Under the pieces are notes generated by a model that ran no database searches, had not been told where the DNA came from, and saw nothing but the letters and a program-made list of their open reading frames with translations. The translations under genes and the position numbers were made by a program. 64,000 nt of DNA from Nitriliruptoraceae bacterium (GTDB lineage: Bacteria; Actinomycetota; Nitriliruptoria; Nitriliruptorales; Nitriliruptoraceae), in contig JBBDSW010000186.1 of the NCBI GenBank assembly GCA_040904745.1, positions 133 through 64,132 of the forward strand. Reading direction: 5' to 3'. Positions 17,950 through 27,108 of the stretch are shown in pieces. Within the stretch, counting starts at the first letter, position 1, and each line of letters begins with the position of its first letter.

Positions 17950-18411
17950 ATGTCTGACGAGAGCCAGGCCCCCGCCGACCCCGGAGGGGAACAGGACGTG
18001 GACGAGCGGGTGGAGACCTTCACCTACCTGTGCACGATCTGTCCCCTCGGCTGCCGGCTCGAGGTGGATGCCATCGACGGCGACGTCATCGAGGTCCGTG
18101 GCTTCGGGTGCAAGCGAGGGAAGCGCTACGGCACCCAGGAGCATCAGGACCCCCGGCGGGCGGTCTCGACCACCGTCTGGCTGCACGGCGGACCGACCGA
18201 GCGTCTCCCGGTGCGGGCGCGCGAGCCCGTCCCCAAGGACCGGGTGCGGGACTTCGTCGACGCCCTGGCCGGACTCGTGGTCGAGGCACCGGTGTCCTTC
18301 GGCGCGGTGCTGGCCACCGACGTGGCCGGGACCGGCATCGATCTCGTGGCGACCCGGGAGGTCGCCCGCACGCCGACCGCGGGGGGGCTCACGGTCTCCA
18401 GCACGCGCTGA
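17950..18411 (+). CDS. DUF1667 domain protein (Cys-rich small subunit)
   Basis: YLCTICPLGCRLEV...VRGFGCKRG is the DUF1667 pattern. ATG 17950 lies 7 nt after GAGGAGG (alternative GTG at 17944). Confidence 0.75.
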   Translation: MSDESQAPADPGGEQDVDERVETFTYLCTICPLGCRLEVDAIDGDVIEVRGFGCKRGKRYGTQEHQDPRRAVSTTVWLHGGPTERLPVRAREPVPKDRVRDFVDALAGLVVEAPVSFGAVLATDVAGTGIDLVATREVARTPTAGGLTVSSTR

Positions 18412-18433
18412 GCGCCACCGGGGCGCGGCCGGA

Positions 18434-18453
18434 CCGCCGCGGGACCGCGGCGG
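18434..18453. terminator. GC-rich perfect hairpin between convergent genes (candidate bidirectional terminator)
   Basis: CCGCCGCGG-GA-CCGCGGCGG lies between the DUF1667 stop (18411) and the dehydrogenase stop (18461). No U-tract. Confidence 0.35.
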
Positions 18454-18460
18454 TGGGGCC

Positions 18461-19726
18461 TCAGCGGTCCATGTCGGCGAACAGGCTCTCCGTGCCGGTC
18501 GCATCCATCGCGGAGCTCAAGCGTTCGATCGCATGGACGTAGGCCGCCGTACGGAGCTTGAGTCCCCTGGCGTCCGCCAGGGCGAGCACGGCGTCGGTCT
18601 CCGCCAGCATCCGCTCCTCGAGCCGCTCGCGCACCGTGTCCGCACTCCAGCGGTCGCCGGTGCGGTTGGCGACCCACTCGAACCAGCTGACCGTGACCCC
18701 GCCGGCGTTCAGGAGGATGTCGGGGACGACCTCCACCCCGGCTTCGTCCAGCAGCCGGTCCCCGTCCGCGGTCACCGGTCCGTTGGCCACCTCGAACACC
18801 ACGCGGGCACGCACGTCGCGGGCGTTGCCGGCGTGGATGGCGCCCTCCAAGGCAGCCGGGATCACGACGTCGACCTCGAGGGTGAGCAGGTCAGGGGGGT
18901 CGAGCGCCTCCGTCCCGGGCGCTCCCGCGAGCGACCCCGTGGTGTCCTTGTGCTTGCGCAGCGTCCCGACATCGAGTCCGCCGGCCGCGTACACCGCCGC
19001 CGAGGAGTCGCTGGCGGCGACCACCCGCCATCCGGCGGAATCGAGGTGAGCGGCCAACTGCGAGCCCGCGTTGCCGAAGCCCTGGACCGCCGCGGTGGGA
19101 TGCCGGATGTCATCCAACAGGCGCGCCTGCACCGCGAGGATCACGTGGAAGGCCCCATCGGCGGTCGCGCTGGAGCGGCCAGGGATGCCGCCGAGCGCGA
19201 GTGGCTTGCCGGTGAGCGCGCCGGGCGCATGCCCCCGGTGGATCTTCGCGTACTCGTGCGCCATCCAGCCCATCACGAGCTCGTTCGTGCCGACGTCCGG
19301 GGCCGGGATGTCGACATCCGGTCCGATCACGTCCACGACGGCGGCGAGGTAGCCGCGCGACAACCGCTCCAGCTCGGCGGCCGACAGCTCCTTGGGGTCG
19401 ACGGCGACGCCTCCCTTGCCGCCGCCGAACGGCAGTCCCATGACCGCGGTCTTGAAGGTCATCCAGAACGCGAGGGTCGTGACCTCCGCGGCGGTGACGG
19501 CCGGGTGGAAGCGGATCCCGCCCTTTGCCGGCCCGCGCGTGTCGTCGTAGCGGACCCGGTAGCCGGAGAAGATCCTGAGCCGACCGTCATCCATCCGGAC
19601 CGGTATGGACACCTTGAGCGACGATGCCGGGTGGGCCAGGCGCTCACAGGCGTCGTCCGAGAGCGCGGCATGCTCCAGGGCTTCCTGGAAGCGGATGACG
19701 GCATCTTCGAGCAGATCATCGGTCAC
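18461..19726 (-). CDS. Glu/Leu/Phe/Val dehydrogenase family (glutamate dehydrogenase-like)
   Basis: GPAKGGIRFHP, GLPFGGGKGG and VQGFGNAGS. GTG 19726 lies 8 nt after GGAAGG. The track ORF extends to 19909. Confidence 0.85.
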   Translation of the reverse strand: MTDDLLEDAVIRFQEALEHAALSDDACERLAHPASSLKVSIPVRMDDGRLRIFSGYRVRYDDTRGPAKGGIRFHPAVTAAEVTTLAFWMTFKTAVMGLPFGGGKGGVAVDPKELSAAELERLSRGYLAAVVDVIGPDVDIPAPDVGTNELVMGWMAHEYAKIHRGHAPGALTGKPLALGGIPGRSSATADGAFHVILAVQARLLDDIRHPTAAVQGFGNAGSQLAAHLDSAGWRVVAASDSSAAVYAAGGLDVGTLRKHKDTTGSLAGAPGTEALDPPDLLTLEVDVVIPAALEGAIHAGNARDVRARVVFEVANGPVTADGDRLLDEAGVEVVPDILLNAGGVTVSWFEWVANRTGDRWSADTVRERLEERMLAETDAVLALADARGLKLRTAAYVHAIERLSSAMDATGTESLFADMDR

Positions 19727-19745
19727 CGCGACCACCTTCCGCGCG

Positions 19746-20849
19746 TCAGTTGGGTCGCACGAAACGGTAGTGGGACACGTGCCACTCGTCGCCCCCGGCG
19801 AAGGCGAAGAGCTCCTCGCAGGCGATCGTGAACACCCGCCAACGCTCGAACGCGGCGCGTGGCCCGGTCGGTCCATCGGCGTGCGCGAGCAGCTGGATCG
19901 CACGCGCACGACCGTCGTCGAGACGCTGCAACCAGGCCCGAAGCGTGCGGGCGTAATGGGTGCCGGAGACCGCCCACCGCTCCTCGATGGCCAGGTCGCG
20001 CACGCTCAGCAGCAACAGGTCGTGTGACGGCATGAGCCCGCCGGTGAAGAAGTGGCGGGCCATCCAGTCGGCGGCACCGCCTTGCTCGAAGGGATAGGCC
20101 TCCGAACGGTGGCTGAAGACGTGGACGAACAGCGCTCCTCCGGGCCGCAGCCACGTCGCGATCCGCTCGGTCAGCAGCCGATGGTTGCGGACGTGCTCGA
20201 ACACCTCGACGGCGACGACCCGATCGAACGCTTCCGGACGGACGACCTCGGCGTGGTCGCCGGGGCCTCCGTGTGGGCCCGCGCCGGCGCCGAGCCGGTT
20301 CACGTCCGCGGTGAGGACCTGCACGTTGTCCAGCCCGCGGGCAGCCGCCTGCTTCTCGATGTACTCCCGCTGCGTGCGGGAGTTCGACACGGCCACGATC
20401 CGCGACGACGGGTAGGCCCTGGCCATCCAGAGGGTCAACGATCCCCAACCGCATCCGAGCTCGAGCACGTCCTGGCCGTCGACGAGGCCGGCACGGGAAG
20501 CGGTCAGGGTCAGCATCGCCTCTTCGGCCGCCGCGAGCGTGTCCACGCCTGCCGGCCAGTAACCGGACGAGTACTTCAGCTGTGGTCCGAGCATCAGCGC
20601 GAACAGCTCGGTCGGGACCTCGTAGTGCTGCTGGTTGGCCTGCGCCGTGTCGATGGCGACCGGAGCAGCCGCCAGCGCCGCGAGCAGCTCCCGCCCACGA
20701 GCGTCGCGCTCCTCCACGCTGCCCGCGGTGATCGTCGCACGACGTCGACGCAGCAGCAGGCGGATCGCCCGGCGCAGCAACGGATCCGGTACGACGCCGC
20801 GATCGATCACGGCGTCGATCAGCCGCGCAGACAACGTCGGTTCGCTCAT
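19746..20849 (-). CDS. cyclopropane-fatty-acyl-phospholipid synthase family SAM-dependent methyltransferase (paralog 2)
   Basis: HYEVPTELFALMLGPQLKYSSGYW, SAM motif VLELGCGWGSL, VEVFEHV. ATG 20849 overlaps the upstream stop (ATGA). Confidence 0.8.
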   Translation of the reverse strand: MSEPTLSARLIDAVIDRGVVPDPLLRRAIRLLLRRRRATITAGSVEERDARGRELLAALAAAPVAIDTAQANQQHYEVPTELFALMLGPQLKYSSGYWPAGVDTLAAAEEAMLTLTASRAGLVDGQDVLELGCGWGSLTLWMARAYPSSRIVAVSNSRTQREYIEKQAAARGLDNVQVLTADVNRLGAGAGPHGGPGDHAEVVRPEAFDRVVAVEVFEHVRNHRLLTERIATWLRPGGALFVHVFSHRSEAYPFEQGGAADWMARHFFTGGLMPSHDLLLLSVRDLAIEERWAVSGTHYARTLRAWLQRLDDGRARAIQLLAHADGPTGPRAAFERWRVFTIACEELFAFAGGDEWHVSHYRFVRPN

Positions 20850-22180
20850 GCGCCGACCTGCTCGGGGCGCCACGCCGGCAGGTCCGCCTCGCGCACCGGT
20901 ACCAGGTGGCGACCGTACGGGTGGGTTCCCAGCGTGCCGTTCATCGGGCGGGTGAGGACCAGCTGCAGATCGCTCAGGTAGCGGGCCAGGAACGCTCCCT
21001 CGCAGTAGGCGAGGTAGAACTCCCACATCCGCACGAACCGGTCGTCGAAGCCGAGTGCCCGGACCTCCGAGGCGTTGGCCAGGAACCGCTCGCGCCACCG
21101 CCGGAGCGTCTCCGCGTAGTGGACGCCGATGTTGTCGAGCTCCTCGACGTACAGCTCGCCGCTGCGACCCATCGCACCGCTCATCGCCTCCAGGGAGGGC
21201 AGGTGGCCACCGGGGAAGATGTAGCGCTGGATGAAGTCGGGCCGGGCCTTGTACGCGTCGTAACGCTGTTCAGGGATCGTGATGACCTGGATCGCGGCGA
21301 GCCCATCGGCCGCCAGCAGACGGTCGATCGTGGCGAAGTACGTCTCCAGGTAGCGGTGCCCGACCGCCTCCAACATCTCGATCGAGACGATGCGGTCGTA
21401 GCGGCCCTCGACCTCGCGATAGTCGCGCAGCTCGATGGAGATCTGCGCTTCCAGGCCGGCCTCGCGTACCCGCTGGCGGGCGTAGCTCGCCTGCTGATCG
21501 CTGAGGGTGATACCGGTCACCCGGCAGCCGTACTCCTGGGCGGCGAACAGGGCGAAGCCACCCCAGCCGCATCCGATCTCCAGCACGTGGCTGTCGGCGT
21601 CGATCCGGATCCGCTCGGCGAGGCGACGGTACTTCGCCTCCTGGGCCTCCTCCAGCGTGGCCGAAGGTGAGGGGAAGAACGCGGAGGAGTACGTCATCGT
21701 CTCGTCGAGGAACAGCTCGTAGAACGCGTTGGAGAGGTCGTAGTGGGCCGCGATGTTGCGTCGCGAACGACCGAGCCGGTTCGCCCGCCCCGCGTGGATG
21801 ATGCGGTCGGAGGCGATGTTCGCCACGGCCGCGGGCGTGATCCGCTTGAGCGCCCCGCGGTTCGCGATCACGATGCGGATCAGGGACACGAGGTCGGAGG
21901 AGGACCACTCTCCCTGCATATAGGACTCACCGACGCCGACGGTCGCCCCGTGCAGCAGGCGGGTGAAGAAGCGCCAGTCGTGGACGTGGATGCGCGAGGA
22001 CAGCTCGCTGCCGGTGTCGCCGAAGGTGCGTCGACGTCCGTCGGGCAGGACCACCTCGACGTTGCCGACCACGAGCTGTGCGAGCATCTCGGCGACGGTG
22101 TGTTGGGCCCGACGCTCAGCCGGCGTCGGCTCTCGGACGATGTCGGGCTGCACCGGTGCAGGCAGGGTGGTCGGATCCAT
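20846..22180 (-). CDS. cfa: cyclopropane-fatty-acyl-phospholipid synthase-like methyltransferase (paralog 1)
   Basis: HYDLSNAFYELFLDETMTYSSAFF, VLEIGCGWGGFA, SIEMLEAVGH, YLAYCEGAF. Start at MDPTTL (22180). The longer ORF is an Arg/Pro-rich extension. Confidence 0.85.
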   Translation of the reverse strand: MDPTTLPAPVQPDIVREPTPAERRAQHTVAEMLAQLVVGNVEVVLPDGRRRTFGDTGSELSSRIHVHDWRFFTRLLHGATVGVGESYMQGEWSSSDLVSLIRIVIANRGALKRITPAAVANIASDRIIHAGRANRLGRSRRNIAAHYDLSNAFYELFLDETMTYSSAFFPSPSATLEEAQEAKYRRLAERIRIDADSHVLEIGCGWGGFALFAAQEYGCRVTGITLSDQQASYARQRVREAGLEAQISIELRDYREVEGRYDRIVSIEMLEAVGHRYLETYFATIDRLLAADGLAAIQVITIPEQRYDAYKARPDFIQRYIFPGGHLPSLEAMSGAMGRSGELYVEELDNIGVHYAETLRRWRERFLANASEVRALGFDDRFVRMWEFYLAYCEGAFLARYLSDLQLVLTRPMNGTLGTHPYGRHLVPVREADLPAWRPEQVGA

Positions 22181-22242
22181 GCTCCCCCCTCTCGAGTGGC
22201 GGTGTCGACGGCACGGCACGGGGGCGGACGGCTCGTACCGGC

Positions 22243-23076
22243 TCATCCGGCCCCTCCCTGTTCGTGGTCGTCCCGTGTCGGGATGGGGCGAGCAGGACGG
22301 CGGGTGGCCACGGCCCCCGGAGGAGGAGACGGTTTGCGGTGGAAGGTGACCCGTCGGAGGGCCAGACGCAGCGCCTGGAGGTGGATGAGTAGCACGGTGC
22401 GCAGCGGCTGCAACGGGTAGCGGGCCAGCGTGCGCCAGAGCGTGGCCGTGGTGAACGGGCGGCGACTGCCGGTCTGGGTCGCATCGAAGACGACGTGATC
22501 GCCGTCTCGGACCTCGATGTGAGCGACCAGACGATCGGGGCGGAGCACGAAGCTGAAGCGGTAGGTGAGCCCGTCGACCGGGAGGAACGGCGACACGTGG
22601 AGTCGTTTCGCGGCCGCCGCATGGACGAGGCCCCCCGGCGCTTCCGTGAGCTCGTCGAGCAGGTACCAGTAGGACTCTCCGAAGGTGTTGCGCACCTCGG
22701 CGACGACGAGCGCGATGGACCCGTCCGCCCGGTGGCAGAACCACCAGCTGACGGGATCGAAGACGTGTCCCAGCACCCGGAGGTTGGCCAGCACCCGGAC
22801 GGGACCGTCGGGGAGCTCGGTCCCCTGCTCGGCCAACCAGTGGGCGAGCTTGGCCCGCACCGGCAGGTCAGCGGTGCCGAGGTGATCGCGGTCTTGGAAC
22901 CGCACCGGTGCCGTCCGTCGGTACCCGAAGCCACGGACCTCGCGCTCGAGCGATGGCAGCTCGTCGACGTCGAGGAGCGCATGGAAGGTGCGGTAACGGA
23001 AGGTCCGTGCCACCTCGGCGTCACGGCGGTGCCGGACCCAACCGACGTAGAGCCCAGAAGCACGCTCGGCAGCCAT
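22243..23076 (-). CDS. DUF1365 domain protein
   Basis: LYVGWVRHRRDAEVARTFRYRTFHALLDVDEL...GHVFDPVSWWFC...EVRNTFGE is the DUF1365 pattern. The ATG shares one nt with the upstream stop. Confidence 0.8.
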   Translation of the reverse strand: MAAERASGLYVGWVRHRRDAEVARTFRYRTFHALLDVDELPSLEREVRGFGYRRTAPVRFQDRDHLGTADLPVRAKLAHWLAEQGTELPDGPVRVLANLRVLGHVFDPVSWWFCHRADGSIALVVAEVRNTFGESYWYLLDELTEAPGGLVHAAAAKRLHVSPFLPVDGLTYRFSFVLRPDRLVAHIEVRDGDHVVFDATQTGSRRPFTTATLWRTLARYPLQPLRTVLLIHLQALRLALRRVTFHRKPSPPPGAVATRRPARPIPTRDDHEQGGAG

Positions 23077-24332
23077 CACGGCCACCGGACGCCGAGGTGG
23101 CTGACGGCCCGCACCGCGGACCAGAGGCCGTCCTCGTGGAAGCCGTACCGTTGGTAGGCGCCGGCGTAGAAGGTCCGCGCCGTGCCGTTGAGCGCGTCGA
23201 GATCGTCCTGGGTGGCCACGCTCTCCCGGGTATAGGTCGGGTGGTGGGAGATCGTGCGCTGGAGGAGGTGCTCGGCGGCGGGCGGGCTGCTCGGGTTCAG
23301 CGAGACCACGTAGTCGCGGTCCTCGGTCAGCGACTGCAGTCGGTTCATGTGGTAGCTGAGGCTCACCCGCTCGGTGGGTGTCCGGCAGTCGTCGAGGAGG
23401 TAGTTCCACGACGCCCAGGTGGCCTTGCGCCGCGGCAGGAGCGCCGTGTCGGTGTGCAGGAAGGTGTCGTTGGCGCTGTAGCTCCAGGCGCCGAGCAGGT
23501 CGCGTTCGCGTGCCGTCGGGTCCACGAGCAGTCCGAGCGCCTCGTCGGCGTGCGTCGCGAGCACGACCGCGTCGAAGGTGGACGTCACGCCGTCGTCGAG
23601 CCTGAGGTGCACGGCGTCGCGGTCGCGCCGGATGGCCACCACGGGGCTGGACCGGTGGATGCGATCGCGGTACGGCGCGGTCAAGGGACCCAGGTACGAC
23701 GAGGTGCCTCCGATCACGGTCCGCCAGGGATGATGCGAACGCACCCCGAGGAGACCATGGTTGGCGAAGAACCGCAGCAGCGTGGCCAGCGGGATCTCCT
23801 CGATCGCGCCGGTTCCCGAGGACCAGATCGCCCCTGCCATGGGCAGGAGGTAGTGCTGGCGGAAGCCATGACCGAACCCGGCGAGGTGGAGGAACTCGCC
23901 CACGCCGATCGCGGTCTCGCGCGGGTCGTCGACGAGTCGGCGTCCCAACCGGTTGAACCGGGCGATGTCAGACAACATGCGCAGATGGGTGGGCGAGGCG
24001 AGGTTGCCGGGCTGGGCGGACACCCCCCGGGCGTTCCCCGCGTACTCGAGATCGCAGCGTTCGCAGCGCAGCGACCACGACATGTCGGAGGGTTGGGTGG
24101 CGACCCCGAGGTCGTCGAACAGCCGTACCAGCAGCGGATACGTGGCCTCGTTGTAGACCACGAACCCGGTGTCGATCGGGACCATCGAGCCGTCGTCGCG
24201 CGCCACCGGGACCGTGTTCGTGTGCCCCCCGACGCGGGCCTCGCGCTCGAAGACGTCGACGTCGTGGTGCTTCGCGAGCAGCCAGGCGCTCGCCGCGCCC
24301 GAGATCCCTGTACCGACGACCGCGATGCGCAC
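23076..24332 (-). CDS. NAD(P)/FAD-dependent oxidoreductase (amine-oxidase-like, CFA-cluster associated)
   Basis: RIAVVGTGISGAASAWLL...FEREARVGGHT is a Rossmann fold. GTG 24332 lies 6 nt after GGAGG. The track ORF extends to 24515. Confidence 0.8.
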   Translation of the reverse strand: MRIAVVGTGISGAASAWLLAKHHDVDVFEREARVGGHTNTVPVARDDGSMVPIDTGFVVYNEATYPLLVRLFDDLGVATQPSDMSWSLRCERCDLEYAGNARGVSAQPGNLASPTHLRMLSDIARFNRLGRRLVDDPRETAIGVGEFLHLAGFGHGFRQHYLLPMAGAIWSSGTGAIEEIPLATLLRFFANHGLLGVRSHHPWRTVIGGTSSYLGPLTAPYRDRIHRSSPVVAIRRDRDAVHLRLDDGVTSTFDAVVLATHADEALGLLVDPTARERDLLGAWSYSANDTFLHTDTALLPRRKATWASWNYLLDDCRTPTERVSLSYHMNRLQSLTEDRDYVVSLNPSSPPAAEHLLQRTISHHPTYTRESVATQDDLDALNGTARTFYAGAYQRYGFHEDGLWSAVRAVSHLGVRWP

Positions 24333-24648
24333 CGACACCCTCCGAGCCACGACTTCGGGTTCCGTGCCGCCCCCGGTCCGCGCTGGTCGCGGAGCGGCGG
24401 GAGACGCCACAGCGAGGTTCGACCCACGGGGACCCGTGGTTCGGTCCGGCCGGTGCAGGAGAGAACGCCCCGAGCGGCGCGGCCTCCCCCCGTCGGGCCG
24501 CGCTGCTCGAGGCACTCAACGTACTATGCCGCTCGGAGACCGTGACGGGAACCGTGTGGCCACCGCTCTTCACAGGGTGGTGCTAGTACCACCATCACCC
24601 GGCCGACGATCTCCACCGATCCCGTGATGACGACCCCAGGGAGCCAGC

Positions 24649-25326
24649 GTGGCGCGCGAACGGATCGCGGTGATGATCGCCGAGGACGACTACCTGGTAC
24701 GCGAAGGCGCCCGGGCCGTCGTCACTGCGGATCCGCGGATCGAGGTGATCGGGAGTGCCAGCGACGCACCGCAACTGCTCTCGCTGCTCGATACCGAGGT
24801 GCCCGACGTGGTCCTGCTCGACATCCGCATGCCTCCCTCCTTCACCACCGAGGGCATCGAGCTCGCCCACCACGTCCGGCGCACCTATCCGAGCGTCGGG
24901 ATCGTGGTCCTCTCCCAGCACGCCGATCCGGAGTACGCGCTGGAGCTGCTGAAGGACGGCTCTTCGGGGGTGGCCTACCTGCTGAAGGAGCGGCTCGGCG
25001 ACGCCGATCGGCTGATCCAGGCCATCGACGAGGTACGCGCGGGGGGCTCGGTGCTGGACCCGCGGATCGTCGAGGCCCTGCTCGAGGCACAGCGTCGGCG
25101 CTCGGCGTCCCGTCTCGCCGGGTTGACACCGCGGGAGCTCGAGGTGCTCGCGCAGATGGCCTCAGGACGGGGCAACGCCGCCATCGCCCGGGACCTGTCG
25201 ATCTCGGACCGTTCGGTCGAGAAGCACACGAATGCCATCTTCCGCAAGCTCGGCCTCGCGGAGGAGATCGAACTCAACCGCCGCGTCGCCGCGGTCCTGT
25301 TCTACCTGCAACGCTCCCACGACTGA
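24649..25326 (+). CDS. LuxR/NarL family response regulator
   Basis: Receiver domain (MIAEDDYLVREG...VVLLDIRMPP...YLLKE) plus LuxR HTH (LTPRELEVLAQMASGRGNAAIARDLSISDRSVEKHTNAIFRKLG). GTG start. Confidence 0.9.
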   Translation: MARERIAVMIAEDDYLVREGARAVVTADPRIEVIGSASDAPQLLSLLDTEVPDVVLLDIRMPPSFTTEGIELAHHVRRTYPSVGIVVLSQHADPEYALELLKDGSSGVAYLLKERLGDADRLIQAIDEVRAGGSVLDPRIVEALLEAQRRRSASRLAGLTPRELEVLAQMASGRGNAAIARDLSISDRSVEKHTNAIFRKLGLAEEIELNRRVAAVLFYLQRSHD

Positions 25327-27108
25327 GCCGCGGCGACCGGCGAGCGGGAACGCCGCATCGACCCGGGTCCCCTCCCCGGGGGCCGAGGTGAGATCCAGGA
25401 CCCCGCCGAGGGCCTGCACCCGGTCGCGCATGTGGACGATGCCCCCACGGTGGGCGTCCTCGTCGTAGGGATCGAAGCCGTCACCATCGTCCTGCACGGA
25501 CACGTAGACGTGGTCCTCATCGATGCGGACCGCTACCTCCAGCCGGCTGGCCTGGGCGTGCTTGAAGGCGTTCAGCACCGCTTCCGAGACCAGGAAGTAG
25601 GCGTTGACCTCCACCTCGCCGTCGACCCGCGGCAACGGATCCGGATCGAAGGTGAGATCGACGGGAAGCTCCAGCCGCGCGGTCAGGCTGAACAGCGCGG
25701 GACCGAGTCCCCGGTCACGGAGGATGGCCGGGAAGAGCTCCTGGCCCGTGGTGCGCAGCTGGTCGAGCAGATGGTCGATGGACTGGGCGAGCCGATCGCA
25801 GACCTCACCGACCCGGGACGGATCCTGCTCCATCTCCCGGCGGGCCGCACCCACCTGCATCCGGAGCACGACGAGCTGCTGCTGGATGCCATCGTGGAGG
25901 TCCTGCGCGATGCGCTGACGTTCCGCATCCTGGACCCCGACGACCCGTCGAGCGGCGTCCTGCAACGCCCCGGCCTGGTGCCGGATCACGAGCAACTGCG
26001 CGCGCAACCCCCGCCGCATACGCTCCAGCGCGTCGGCCAGCCGGCCGATCTCATCGGTGCGCTCGACCTCGAACGAGCGGTCCAGATCACCCCCGGCGAT
26101 CGCCGTGGCGGTAGCGGTGAGTCCCAGCAGCGGGCGGGTCATGACCCGGGCGAGGGCGAAGGCGAGGCCCCCACCGATCACCAGCAGCAGGACCACCATC
26201 AGGATCCGGGTACGCGCCAACGCGCCGTCGAGAGCGCCGAGCGGATCGTCGGTGATCAGCCCCACCGCCGCAGGCGTGTCCCAGGGGCGGGTCGCCCCGA
26301 GCCCGACGTAGCGCACGAGCCGCCCGTCCTCGACCCGCTGCGTCTCGCGGTACCGGTCCCAGGCGCCCAGCGGAGCTCGGCCCTCGAAGGCACCATCGGT
26401 GGCCGCGACCACCTCCCCGTCCACCACCAACTCGACCTCGTCGACCCCGGTCTGCTGCAGGAACCGACGGGCGGCGATGTTGTTGAGTGGGAACCCGGTG
26501 ACCAGCAGGCGCGGCTGTTCCTCGAACCGTCCGACCGCCAGGACGTAGGCGAGCCCGTAACCGCCCTCCTCCAACGCAAGGACCCGCTGACTGCTACCGG
26601 AACGCCACGTCACCTCGGCGGCATCGGCCGCGTCCGGCGGGAGCACGCTGGCCCGTGACGGCAACCCGAGCGTGCGGACGGTCCCGTCCGCGACATCGAC
26701 GATCCCGACGATCTCGAGCCGCGGGTCCGATGTGCGCACGACCGACAAGGTCCGCCGGGCCCGTTCGTCCGGATCCACCGCATCCGCCGGGATCGTCGCC
26801 AACAGCTGTTGCGAGGCCGCCGACATCAGCTGGTTGGTCCGGATGGCATCGGCCGCGATGCGTGCATCGAGGACGTCACCGGTCTCCCCGAACAGCGTCA
26901 CGGCCTGGGACTCGAGCTGCTCGCGGGTCAGTCGGGTCTCGAACAACAACGTGACCAGGCTCGCCAGCACGAGCACGGCGACGAAGGCACCGAACACCTT
27001 GGGTAGCAGGCCGGTGGTCCACGAACCCGGCGAACGGCGCTCACGTCGGGCGCGCAACCGAGCGAGCAGTCGCCCACCACCACCCGTGGAGCCAGCCTTC
27101 GACCTCAC
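25162..27108 (-). CDS. membrane sensor histidine kinase (extracytoplasmic domain, HAMP, HisKA_3, HATPase_c)
   Basis: Two TM segments flank an extracytoplasmic region of about 270 aa. HAMP (MTRPLLGLTATATAIAGGDLDRSF), H-box IAQDLHDGIQQQL, and GGVLDLTSAPGEGTRV. The last 57 codons run antisense into the regulator gene. Confidence 0.85.
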   Translation of the reverse strand: MRSKAGSTGGGGRLLARLRARRERRSPGSWTTGLLPKVFGAFVAVLVLASLVTLLFETRLTREQLESQAVTLFGETGDVLDARIAADAIRTNQLMSAASQQLLATIPADAVDPDERARRTLSVVRTSDPRLEIVGIVDVADGTVRTLGLPSRASVLPPDAADAAEVTWRSGSSQRVLALEEGGYGLAYVLAVGRFEEQPRLLVTGFPLNNIAARRFLQQTGVDEVELVVDGEVVAATDGAFEGRAPLGAWDRYRETQRVEDGRLVRYVGLGATRPWDTPAAVGLITDDPLGALDGALARTRILMVVLLLVIGGGLAFALARVMTRPLLGLTATATAIAGGDLDRSFEVERTDEIGRLADALERMRRGLRAQLLVIRHQAGALQDAARRVVGVQDAERQRIAQDLHDGIQQQLVVLRMQVGAARREMEQDPSRVGEVCDRLAQSIDHLLDQLRTTGQELFPAILRDRGLGPALFSLTARLELPVDLTFDPDPLPRVDGEVEVNAYFLVSEAVLNAFKHAQASRLEVAVRIDEDHVYVSVQDDGDGFDPYDEDAHRGGIVHMRDRVQALGGVLDLTSAPGEGTRVDAAFPLAGRRGSVVGALQVEQDRGDAAVEFDLLREAELAEDGIRVLLDRTVRDRQVPGDGGVAPS

